The notes under the pieces were generated by a model that searched no databases, was not told where the DNA came from, and was given only the letters and a program-made list of their open reading frames with translations. A program made the translations under genes and the position numbers. A DNA stretch of 62,546 bases, counting the filler, from Sphacelaria rigidula (Eukaryota), in assembly GCA_964200075.2 (NCBI GenBank). It is 11 parts of 11 records of this genome, joined end to end, with 100 filler letters (N's around TTAATTAATTAA, not from the genome) between each part and the next. Parts side by side here need not be neighbours in the genome. Positions count along the whole stretch, not along the records: positions 22,785 to 28,379 come from CAXNAA020026002.1; positions 28,480 to 34,074 come from CAXNAA020026003.1; positions 34,175 to 39,769 come from CAXNAA020026004.1; 8 more parts are not named here. The stretch is one strand, 5' to 3'. Of the stretch, positions 23,425 through 35,037 are shown piece by piece (the stretch's first letter is position 1; each line of letters starts with the position of its first letter).

Positions 23425-23659
23425 CGGTAGGGGTGCACATACATTTTCTAGGGTTAAACTTTTCAGGAGCCCTTTGTCTCTTCGAAAATTCGACTCATGA
23501 AATATCTGACAGTACGCCAGAATCACTATTCCAATGTACTGGGAATATCCCGACGGAATTTCCAAACGGGGATGCCCTGACTCATATTTTTGTACATCTT
23601 GAATCATCATGAGTCACTGAACCAGACATGATTTTCGCGAAAAAAGTGCACCCCTACCG
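23425..23659. mobile_element. MITE (~235 bp), copy 1
   Basis: Perfect TIR CGGTAGGGGTGCAC / GTGCACCCCTACCG with TA flanks. The interior is homologous to 50419-50653. Confidence 0.85.
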
Positions 23660-24169
23660 TAGCATTGCCAGCTGGCTGCTCAGACGTCGTGCACTGTTGC
23701 GAAGCTACGACGCGGGTAGGAAGAAACTTCTATGTTAGTAGCAGTGTGCATGCACTGCACCACGGTAGTGGAGTAGCCACGGCGTGAATATACAGTCGAA
23801 CGCTGCAGCGCAGGCAGCGCCGCAAGCACAGTGAACAATGCCAGCAGGAATAACCGCTTGGGGAGTTGGGATGCAGCGAGTTGATGGGCAACGGGAAAGT
23901 GCTGGGCGGAGCGTGTTGGCGCGGTCACAACGTATGGACAGTTAGGATTACGGCATCAATATGATGGAAGCCAAATTATGTGTTGTATGGCTCGTTTCAG
24001 CATGATATCGGTGATCAAGCCATGCGAGAGAGCACCAAACGAGGATCAATCAACCTGTCAACAAGTGAGAAGAAGTTTCTTCTCTGATTAATAGTCATGT
24101 GCACCTTCCGAGTGAAATAGAAAGGAAGAGGAATCATTCTAGTGTGTCAGATACGCATTTGATGTAACG

Positions 24170-25150
24170 TGGATCAGCGGATATGACATTCACCGTGTCA
24201 TGTGTGAACCTGCTTATGTTTTTTCATCCGCCAGAGTCAGATAAACGAAGATGTCCCCAAACGAGTGCTGGTGCTGGACAACGATTGGCGCGTTTAAACT
24301 TTGTGCTTCGAATATTTTCACCTTCCAAGGTCTGAGTATAGATGATGTTCCCCACCAAGTGCCCATGGTCAACGACGAGTATTATGTGTAAGATCTCCTG
24401 CTCATTTGTTTTTCATCTGCCGGGGTGCAAAAATGATGGTCCCGGATAAGTGGTGGTGATGGGTACTCTGCCACGGTCGTACTACAAGCGACCTCTCCGA
24501 GCAGCTGATGGTGGTGGACATCCACCGTGTCATGTGTGAAATCACCGGCCATTTTTGTTTTCATCCGCCAGAGTCAGATAAACAAAAATATCCCCGAACG
24601 AGTGCTGGTGCTAGACAACGATTGGCACGTGTAAACTCTGTGCCTAAAATATTTCCACCTTCTAAGGTCTGAGTAAAGATGATGTTCCCGACCAAGTGCC
24701 CACGGTTCGACGAGTATCATGTGTAAGGTATCTTGCTATTTTTTGATCATCTGCCAGGGGGCAAAAATGATGGTCCCGGACAATTGCTGGTGATGGGCAA
24801 CGAGTATCTTCTGTAATCACTGGATCATACCGGTTCATCTGCCAGGGTCGTACCACAAGCGATCTCTCCGAGCAACTGGTGGTGGTAGTGAACAACGAGT
24901 GTCATATGTAAATGACTGGGTCACGTTCGCTTATTTTCCGGGGTCGAAGTAGACACGGCGTTCCCCAACAAGTGCCGATGATGTAAGACAAGTACCAGAT
25001 GAAAAATCACTACGTCATATATTTTCATCTTCCAGGGTCGAATGGAAGACGGTGCTCCCGAAGGACAGCCGGTGGTTCACGACGCTTATTATGTGATGAC
25101 CGGGTAAAATATCAGTTGTCATCTTTCTTTCATTTGCCAGGCGCTCACGG
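24170..25150. repeat. Degenerate minisatellite (~80-90-bp monomers) with a ~332-bp higher-order duplication
   Basis: The block CACCGTGTCATGTGTGAA...TTTTCATCCGCCAGAGTCAGATAAAC starts at 24191 and 24523. The motif TTTCATCT(G/T)CCAGGG recurs throughout. Confidence 0.75.
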
Positions 25151-26494
25151 AATATGACGGTTATACAGGAATGCTGATGGGAAATCGAGATCGAAATCTG
25201 TTAAACTCAAGGAAATAGGCATGTTCATGGACGTGGTGAAGTGTCACGACAAATCTGAAAGTACTTCCAAAAGAGTACAACAAACCGAGAGCGACAACCG
25301 CAACGTCCACCCAATCACAGGCGCGCCGCGATCACCCACATTACTTTCCACCCTCAGCAAGCGCACTCAATGACATCACCGCCCCTGCCCACAGAACACT
25401 CCCTCCCAGAGGCGACCCCCCCCCCCTCCCCGCCCCCGCCCCGCCCCGCCCCGCCCCTGCAACGTGCCTTATGAAGCCTTTCCCTGCTCAAGTACCGCAC
25501 GCAAGGAGACTACATTAAATCTCCCAAATCGATCAAACACTCGCATCGAAGGGGAGTTGCAAAAGCACCGTCCGCGAATCCAGATGTCGAATGCACAGAC
25601 CGTGGCAGCCCCTCCCTTCCTGTGGCGCATCCTATTTCGTACGATCCTCGCCGGGGTTCCCTGTTGATGGTCTCGTTGCGTACCTCGTGAATGGCTCGTA
25701 GATAGTAATTCAAGATCTCTAGCGTCCTGTTTGATAGCGTGCGCACGTTCAAAGTTCAATTTCAGGAAGGAATTGTCTTGCTCGTGGGGGTTGAGATTTA
25801 CGCCGCTTATTTCGAGGTATTGAGACAACCCAGCGTACGTTCGCCTGCAGTCAGCGTCATGGTTCTTCTCGTGCGGACCATCGGACCCGACGTACATCCC
25901 GCTCGAGCAACCCGTGTGGGCGTGGGGGCGACGCCGGCCATTGAAGGTGTGCTTGTGGCCATCGTTGGCCGTGTCGTGGAATTTTATGCCTTAACCTGCG
26001 ACCTTGAAGCTCTGCACGGTGCTGTCATGCGGAAGGACGTTCGGGGTCCGCGCTGTTTGTAGAGACTTGACTGAGGCAATATTTCGGCTGAAGCCGATAC
26101 CACCGCGTACGGCGCGCTCTGGAATATGTCGAAGGACGAGCACGGCGAGTGGATGACGGTCGAACCCACAGGCAGGAATGCCCCTTAGAGCGTTTTGGGG
26201 TTTTCGATGCATGATTTTGAAGCAGTGTAGTGTGCGAACTGCATCGTGTGGGCTACAGATTGCGGTACGTTGGCTCACGCATTGGAAATTTTCAGCGTGC
26301 GCGTGTGGCAGCGCACATGGAGAATCTATGACTGTGGGACCTTATCCCATGAGCACTCGCGACTCACTCACCGGCTCTCATCCGTTCTTCGGGGCCAGCA
26401 GGGAACAGGCCGTCCACAACGAACCGGACCTTCGCCTGCGCGACGCGTAGTGAAGTATAGCTCACGGTTGAGAATCTTGACGAACAGAAACTGA

Positions 26495-26885
26495 GTAAGC
26501 AGCTCGTGATGGAAAAAATAAATGACTCGAGCTAACCAGTCATCACTCGTGGTGGAAGCAATGAAGGACTCCAGTACACGAGTCATTGCTCGCGGTTCAA
26601 AAAATGAAAAGCTCGACCACTCAAGTCTTTGTTCGGGCGGAAAACAATAGATGAATCAAGCGCACGAGTCAGTGCTCGTGGTAAAAAAAATGAACAGCTC
26701 GAGCACCCGAGTCTTTGCTCGTGGGAAAAAAATAAATGAGTCGAGAGCACACGAGTCATTGTTCGTGGTTGAAAAAAACAAATGACTCGAGCACTCGAAT
26801 CGTTGCTCGTGGTGAAAAAGTAAGTGACTCGAGCAAACGAGTCATGCTCGGTGTTCTAAAAAAACATTAACGAGTGCACTCGTTT
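26495..26885. repeat. Tandem array of about nine ~43-bp units, each with an internal inverted repeat
   Basis: Consensus approximately AAATGACTCGAGCACACGAGTCATTGCTCGTGGT-A(n). TGACTCG...CGAGTCA can fold back. Confidence 0.8.
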
Positions 26886-29800
26886 CGACGGGTGGTGATT
26901 CCTCCGACGTGTGATATTTCTGAACAAAACACACACAATTTGGGTCGTCAAATTTGTCTTTTTTTAAATAGTTTTTTCTCAACTCAGCACCTTCGTTACT
27001 CGTTCCATCCTTCCATGGCATGTCGTGATGGGATCGTCTCTGGCTACAGCTCCCTCGCCTCTGCGTACGAGTACAACCCGTCTTTTACCCCCACGAACGG
27101 TCGACAAGTTGCCTGGTCAACCAACAACTCGGTCATTTCTCCAAGCGACGGTAGAGAGGGTGGGGTACCTTCCCGAAATCCCGATATCAAAATAAGTAGG
27201 GTCAGAAGAAAATGAAGCAAACTCGCGGTTCCAGATGCTACCGTGCTGCCGTACTATCGCCAGTTGTGCAATCGAGATTCAGTGCAACTTTGCAGACACG
27301 TGGGGCCAGAGGATTCTTGAGCCTAGAACTAAAGCAGTTACATGTGAAGAATGGTAATAACCAAAACTTATGTCAGACAAAGAATAATATTAAAAATAAT
27401 AACCCATTATTACGTGAAACAAAAAGGAGACAGCTATAGCCTGGTCCAGTCTAGAAAAGAGTTCAAGCTCTGAAATAAATATCTCCTCGATACAGACGAG
27501 TTGGGCCGTGACCCGCATATCGTATTAATCGTCTCTGACTAAGGAGAAGGTGTCCTTCTGCTCAAAAGGTTGGGTCATTTTTTGTCGTTGATTACACCCC
27601 ATGTCTAGTAATTCCTATACCGTGCGGATATAGCGTCCATACTAGTCTATATGAAACCTCGGACGATGTATACAGAGGATGACGATTTTTGGTGTGGGCA
27701 TTCCGTGGAGCACGAGGAAACGAGCAGAGGCACTAAAAACACTAAATCTGGGTATCGCGTCTCAGTTTTCGAGAGTCGTGCTTTGATTTCTTTTTTATGG
27801 AGAACCGCAAGTGCACAATATATAAAAAAAACAGGGTTGTTCATTCTTTCATCGTTTTTTTCTCTCGTTTTTTAGTAGAGTTCTGAGGAAAAATGAATAT
27901 TGCTCTTGACTCTCGAACCGTAACTTGAAACTGAGCACGGAAAATTGCAATGGCGCTGAAGGGGAAAAAAAGAGCCTTACTTTCTTCTTGAGAGAGAGAG
28001 GGAGAGAGAGAAAGAGGAGGGCGCTCTCATGAAAAAATGGTTTATACCGTACTAAAATGTCCTAGATCAGAGAAAAAAATCAACCTGGCCCACTCATGTT
28101 GCCTTATTATCATGCCCTCGCGAGGTCCTGCAGAAAATTCCGATATACAAGTACCAAACCTGGGGCGGTTAGTGGCCCGCAAAGTACTGTCCCTGATTCA
28201 GACCGGCCCGGTTTTCGAACGGATCATTCTTGGCTCAATTTTTAGAGTTGGACCTCATACTTTGGTGTGGACAACAAATGAGCAATATCAAACACAAGGT
28301 ATGCATGGTCTACGAAAAGCTGTTTTTTTTTTTACGAGTTGAACGCAATAATAGTCTGGCATCAGGTTTCAGTAAAATGNNNNNNNNNNNNNNNNNNNNN
28401 NNNNNNNNNNNNNNNNNNNNNNNTTAATTAATTAANNNNNNNNNNNNNNNNNNNNNNNNNNNNNNNNNNNNNNNNNNNNCAATAATCTGTCGAGATCGCC
28501 ATAGATTTTCTTGCATACGGATTATCGTTCAGCGGCCAATCTCGAAACCTTGGAGCCAAGCGAATCTGAGAAGTGGGTTAGGCTCCTCTCTGTGGGGCGA
28601 TGCAAAATGTCCAAGAAGACGTGTGTTGGCGATTTTCCCTGTTTGGGGGTCAAAAGGGGGTTCAAACGCCAAAAAGTGAACAATCCGTGGGCCAAAAATC
28701 TGTTTGCCATAACATCCGGCCTAACTCCAAATATTGGCCGGCGCATCTGCCTGCAAACTTTCATGCAGCCTCTAGGCTGGCCCAGTCTGTAGATTAAACT
28801 TACAAAACAGGATTTCCTTCGATCCGATGCCATAGGCGACACGAAGTGACTTCTGACATCAGAGATGAAATCAAAATCAAGAACCAAATGTCCCCAGCAT
28901 TATAATAATTGACTGCTTCTATCCTCATGTACTACAACTAGACCGGGGTGTATTACCCGCCGGGACTACCCTGGCTACGCTCTTTCCCCACAATTATCTA
29001 AAGATGCGTCAGGACCGCGAGGTGGTTCACGCTCATCACCCAAGAAACACTTATCACCCAATGACCACTTCGAATCAATAATTGAGAACAAAAATCAAGA
29101 ACTGGTTCTATGAGGAAGCTGAGAACCCAACGGTTCACACCAGCCGACCAGGCGGATTTTCGAATGAAGAATAATGATTATGGGACGCCCATTTCATCAG
29201 TGTCGGCACCCTGATCATTTGGGTCCCCAGCCATGCCATGACTTCGGGCAAGATGAGAGAGAGCAAGGGGAGCTATAACAAAGCCGATCCGCGATACGTG
29301 CCAAAGGGTAGAAGGAACCCCGCTGGCAAGCTCGACAGTGGTAACTTTATCAAGATGTCAACGCGAGAGAAAAAACACTCAGTATGAGAGAGGTAGCATG
29401 CGATGCTCGCGACGCGGCGCTGGAGCGGCTAGTGAACCCCAACCCAACGCATACCGAGAACCCTCGGGCAAGGGCGGAATATAGTATTCCCTGGGCGAAG
29501 TGCGGCGGTGGTAGACCCCGAATCGGCACCTTTGGCGCCGATTTCAACGAAAACGGGTTCTGCACTCGCGAGGAGCACATACCACTCTCATCCCTACTAA
29601 AGATCCGATTCTCGGTTTACAGACTCAAATCAAATATCAACCATGAAGACTTGTAGCCCAACGCGGGTCAACTCTACTGGCTCTGGATGCCCAAGATGCA
29701 GCTCAGACCACCGCCCAGATCAGCGAGGAGGTCAAGCTCGCGAAGTCTTAGGCAGAGATTGGTGAATGCCGAGCAAAGTTGGCTGATCGTGAAGCAGATA

Positions 29801-30449
29801 TTGAGCGACGGAAAAAAATTCAGATGGAACGGGACCAAACCAGCGGGGGTCGCCAACATCCGCACGGCAGCCGAGCAGCGCCGGCAGAACATCGCTGAGG
29901 AGGCGCGTGAGCAGTTGGCTCACCGGCAAGGAGCACAGTCCCGATCCATCCTACTCGTCTACTTCAATCTCATTCAGTCAGGCGCCAACCCAAACCCGGC
30001 TGTGGAGGAGACCGCGATAATCATGCGTGTCGGCATGAAGGTGTACCAGGTATGCATCTTTGCACTACGGGCTGGGCCGCCCAAGACGCGGCCAAGAAAA
30101 TTGACATGCGATCATGCTGCTCAACTTTGGATCGTGTACTACGATATTTTAAATTTTGACACGATAAACGACTGGGCACCGCGAACTTTGTAATAATAGT
30201 GAATTATTCACGGTAGTCAGCGTCAGAAGTACGCAGAATTCGTAATTTCTTGATTTCTCAAAGATATCGCTGATCACAGTGACTGTTGGATGCCAAAAAA
30301 TGGGCATCCGAAGAAATTTTATTCATCTTGACAAATATTGTGAGAGAAAATATCTTCGATCAATATTGAGTGACTTACGGGCTTGACCGATCTTCGGGGA
30401 CCCTGCGAAAGTGCAACCCGAGGTTCTAGCTTTTCGGTATTTTCGGTGG

Positions 30450-31030
30450 ACTGACTCGATCTCGATCATATAAGGGAAGACTCAAAAATGACTATTTTTT
30501 TAATTCCTCCTATTCACTCCGCTGAAGCCGGAAAATTGTTTCTTGGATCATCTACGGTCAATAACATCCTCCTGAAAAGCAGGGTCTTGACTCCGTATCG
30601 CCCCCACAACACCAACTTGGGCATCGTGATTTGAGCACGGTCTGCTTATTTTGCCGAAGCTATCGCCGCCAGCACTTTCGAGTGCTCATGGACAATGTTA
30701 TGCGAAAAAAGACGAAAAGAGGCCATCCGCAGAAAATACTAGACTGAGGTCTGTGCAGTATAGGAGGGAAACACGATCTCGATCGTTATGGTGAAGATTT
30801 TTTCACGTACTTATTCATCTGGATATTTACCGTTTAGTTGCGGAAGAGCCGGAACACTGATTTATTGGGCCAAAAACGGTCAAGAACACCCTCCTGATAA
30901 ACGGGGCTTCTAGTCCGTATGCCCCCCATAACACCAACCTGGGCATTGCAGTTTGAGCGTGGCCTACGTTTTCCCCCTTAATCTACCGGCTCTAGCACTT
31001 TCAAGAAGTAGTGAAGAATAGTACTCGAGA
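30450..31030. repeat. Diverged direct duplication with a period of ~317 bp
   Basis: CGATCTCGATC, ACGGTCAA.AACA.CCTCCTGA, AACACCAAC.TGGGCAT and AGCACTTTC each occur twice at a near-constant offset. Confidence 0.7.
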
Positions 31031-32121
31031 AAAACTCAACAACTACAAGAACTACGAATTTCGAAAACTTCTGGTGCTGACCACTATAGTGAAAAATGCC
31101 TATGATTGGCTCGAAACTTGAGTCACACCTGTAGAGTACATGCTACAGTCGCGTCAGGACGGATAGAGCAGCAGCAGATGAACGAAGCTGCAAATAGACA
31201 AGCAGACTGCGAGTGGTACATTGCCGCCGCAGTGGGTCATTGCGATGCTCGCGTATCGGTATACCCCCCTCTTGGTATGGCTGCTTGTGTCTTTCCGTGG
31301 GCGCAAGCGCTGGCGCCAATGACAGCAGCAGCGGCCGCCACGGTACCGGGGGCATTCAGCAACCTGGCAGTGCAATATATCCGCATTATGCAGTGCGTTG
31401 CTTCTTATCGGAGCACGGGGTCTGGCCCAGCCGGTCGAGCGGCGTATTCCGGCGCTGGTTGTGTATCTGTACCCAGCCATGCTGGGTATCGAGCAAATGA
31501 TGGATCTGGGCAGCACCGTTTTCATTTTACGGAAGACGAAACAGTCAACGCACCATGAATATTTCAACAGTCAGTGTGAAGACAGCACTGCGCCGCGACT
31601 GAATTTTGATTTTCGAGGGAGACGAACACAAACAATGCGGCAGCTCGGGCGATCTCAGTGGAGATCAAACCGTCTTCCCAAGGTCTATACACAACACATG
31701 ACAGTGATAGCTATTGTACATCACATGAGAGAGGACGTGAGAGTGTGTTTGTGCTGCAGTACAATGAAATGGGACATGTCCCATGTTTTTCTTCTTCGGG
31801 TGATTTTAAACGAGTCCTCAGTATTTGACGGGTGCCAATTTGGAACACTCGGCCATAATCGCAATCCGCGCAAATAATTTAATTCACAACAAAATACCGA
31901 AGAGTCAGGATATGGGACGTGGCAGAACTCCCGATGACTGATTAGCCTGTAAGTAACTCAACATTGAGTACAGATGTTTTTCTATCTTGGAATGTGGAGC
32001 CGATACAAGTATCTTCAGATACCCAATGTGATGAGCGGTGGCAAGTGAAAGAGCCCGAGCGAATTACCAACTACGAAGAAATTACACAATGATCAGTTCA
32101 GGCGCCCAGTACTGTTTTGTA

Positions 32122-32275
32122 TGTGCGAAGACCCCATCTTTCCTTCCCTGCATTTTTTTCACCCGTGACTTTCTGGCGATTTAGCTCCGAAAAAAATGTC
32201 CTGATTTTTTCCGTCGCCAATAACTCACTGAAATGAAGAAAAAAAGCAGGGGGGGAAATATGTGGTCTTCGCACA
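32122..32275. mobile_element. Small TA-flanked inverted-repeat element (MITE-like), overlapping a diverged ~347-bp-period direct repeat that extends to ~32710
   Basis: TA-TGTGCGAAGACC ... GGTCTTCGCACA-TA. CCAATAACTCAC and TGTACATCGTGTCA each occur twice. Confidence 0.55.
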
Positions 32276-34174
32276 TACGTCCTGTACATCGTGTCAGAAG
32301 TTCGTAGTGAACGGCCCAAAATTGACCAGCACAATCACGTTTTCATGTCGAAAACCGGTTTCCATGTGGAGATAGACCAGCCACGAATAATTGAAACGCG
32401 GTTATGCTGTTCAATCTCCAGTTGTTTTCCATGAAATTTTGATACGATGTGCATGAGGTGTGTTCAAAGACCCTATTCCCTACCCCCCCCCTGACTTTTA
32501 TTATTATTTTCACATGAGTTATCGAGGATTTTGTACCGAAAAAATGTTCCGATATTTTGACCACCAATAACTCACGAGAAAAAAACTAAAGAGTAAAGGG
32601 ATAACAGCAGGGGCTTTGCACATGCCTTATGTACATCGTGTCACAATTTCATATTTAGTAGACGGCTCAAAATTGAGCAGCGCAACCGCGCTTTTTTGTC
32701 GACAACCGGTTGACTTGCTTTCAGAGTACTATATGCTCAGCCGGAACTTGACGTTCTCTAAAAGGTTGTTTTCACCCACTGCTCAACCGTTCGCACACTA
32801 CTACCAGACGCTTTGGCGCGCTGGAAGCCTCGTCTGCGTGCCACCTCAGACACTGCACGCCTACAGTACGACATGCATTGTTGTACGACCACAACTTGTG
32901 CACCACGGGCGGCCGCGGCACAACTGGCTGTTACCGAAAATACGATTTCAGCCGTTTCCCCCCCCCCTAGTTCCGCCGCACATGCCACCCTCATTTCTCT
33001 ACACTTTGCAGCTGACTACAGCTTAGTATTTCGTTTGATGAGAACTTGTCGGATCACAGTGCTACGTGGAGTGAAAGACGCGCGTTGATTTGCAGACTGC
33101 TATTATGTGTCATGGTAGGCACAACTCGTGATCCATCGTCAGTTAAAACGGGCTGAAAGAACACGAGCTTGTTGGGCGGCCCAGCGTGTACTAGGGCTGT
33201 GAACTGGACCAGATAATTCTGCCGATTAGACTGGAACTGACGTTGAATTGGAACTGGCCACGAAGCCACCAGTTGTTCAGTTTATTTGAAATTTACCGTT
33301 ATCGGCTATATTTTACATCAATTTTAGTATACGACCTCGTAGGGCAGTTCCACGCTATTATTCCAGGCCACTTGTCTGAGGTGTCCGAGTTCAATACATC
33401 AGAGAGCTCGTTTAGAGTCCACACTCTGAAAGATGACGCACGAAACATGGAAACCCTTCATTATCCGGAGATTTTATGCATCCCTTCCCCAGCTCGATTG
33501 TCACCCCGGTGGTCTTTACCGTTTTGGCCTGTTGCACGCGAATGTTGATGCACCTTGGCACACGAGCACATGGAGGGGACATGAAACCGATGAAGTATCC
33601 ATCATCGCCCTGATTTCTCCTCACTCGGGGATGAAATCGCTCTACCCCCTCTCCAGATACGGCAGGGGTGTTACCTACCGTTCTCGCTAGTTACACGGGC
33701 GTTCACGGACGAGTGACGATGCCCGCGAACACGCGGGGGGCATCGTTAAAAGGTATGCACCATATAATATTACCTTATAACCCCCCTTCTTCCTTCGGTC
33801 TTTTCCCGGAAATGAAACAAGCCTGTCCCCTCACTGAACGATCTCAGCAAAAAGGACGGGTCTTATCCGCCGTTTGAGCCATTTGCGGTCCGACGACAAC
33901 GAATTTAAACTCGTGAGCGGTACCAACAGAAATGAGTACAATTTTCCCTAATTAGTGATGATGCATATTTTCTTAACAAAGAAAACAAGCTCAATAATGC
34001 ATATTTCCTTGCCTCCGGCGGCGAGGCCCTCATGCCAGCTGGAGGGGGGGGGGGGGCGTTCCTTTTTTTTTATTNNNNNNNNNNNNNNNNNNNNNNNNNN
34101 NNNNNNNNNNNNNNNNNNTTAATTAATTAANNNNNNNNNNNNNNNNNNNNNNNNNNNNNNNNNNNNNNNNNNNN

Positions 34175-34222
34175 ACGTTCAAATGACTAAGGCAAGCAAC
34201 AAATGAGTACGCCCCCCCCCCC
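34175..34222 (+). repeat. 3' end of the poly-C-tailed retroposon family
   Basis: CAAATGACTAAGGCAAGCAACAAATGAGTACG-C(n). It overlaps the sequence that ends contig 10. Confidence 0.65.
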
Positions 34223-34753
34223 TACTGTAGCATGGCTCAGGACGTCGTTGTAGCCGTGTTCTGGACGTGCATGTGCGGTGCACAATCGGCATCTCGTACC
34301 ACTCGAAAATTTGCGGAATATAAACGATTGCTGGAGACCATATACTGTTCAAAATACTTACATAATCTCTAAAGATTGTTGAAAATTGAGGTTGCGGTGC
34401 CTCCAAAGCACGGCAACACTTATATCCAGAGACCCTTTTGCATTGAAGGAAATCGCAGGGGCCGACCCGTGCAAGCAAACACCGTGTTCCGCACTTTCAC
34501 CGTTTTGGATGATGACCTCAACCTTTCTGCAGGCACCGACAATAACCCTCCTCGTCGGCGGGGGTTGCGATGACCGCACCGAATATGTAGAGCTGCTGGC
34601 GGATGGAGTGGGCGTCGCAAAGGCTACCGGGACGTGTTCCGAGGCGATGCGCTCTGTAAGGTGCGAAACTATCAACGCATGAGAAACAGAACATTTTCCA
34701 CATCCACGAGTTGAACCCACCTGGTGCAAGTTCACGTGAAGAGTGGTGCCCAT

Positions 34754-35037
34754 AACAGCCGAAAATCGAAATTGAGGATGGAGCTTTTCATTGAGGATGA
34801 GAACCCGGAGGAATAATTGAATCACCGAAATTCCCCAAATTGGTTTTTCATCTAGGGCCCCAGTGTTTCGGTTATCGAGATCCAAATTTTTAGGGCGTGC
34901 AGCAATTGTCAATAGCGACCGGCATGTGAAAGAATGTAAACATATTTCGAAGATTTGGTGTGGATACGAAGATTTTATTCCTCCGGGTTCTCATCCTTAA
35001 TGAAAAGTTCCATCCTCAATTTCGATTATCGGCTGTT
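34754..35037. mobile_element. Fold-back / MITE-like element with ~63-bp inverted termini
   Basis: AACAGCCGAAAATCGAAATTGAGGATGGAGCTTTTCATTGAGGATGAGAACCCGGAGGAATAA and its near-perfect reverse complement at 34975-35037. Confidence 0.85.

Noticed and set aside
26495..26885. CRISPR array with palindromic repeats
   Set aside because: The period is only ~43 bp, the repeats are degenerate, and the gaps are A-tracts rather than spacers.
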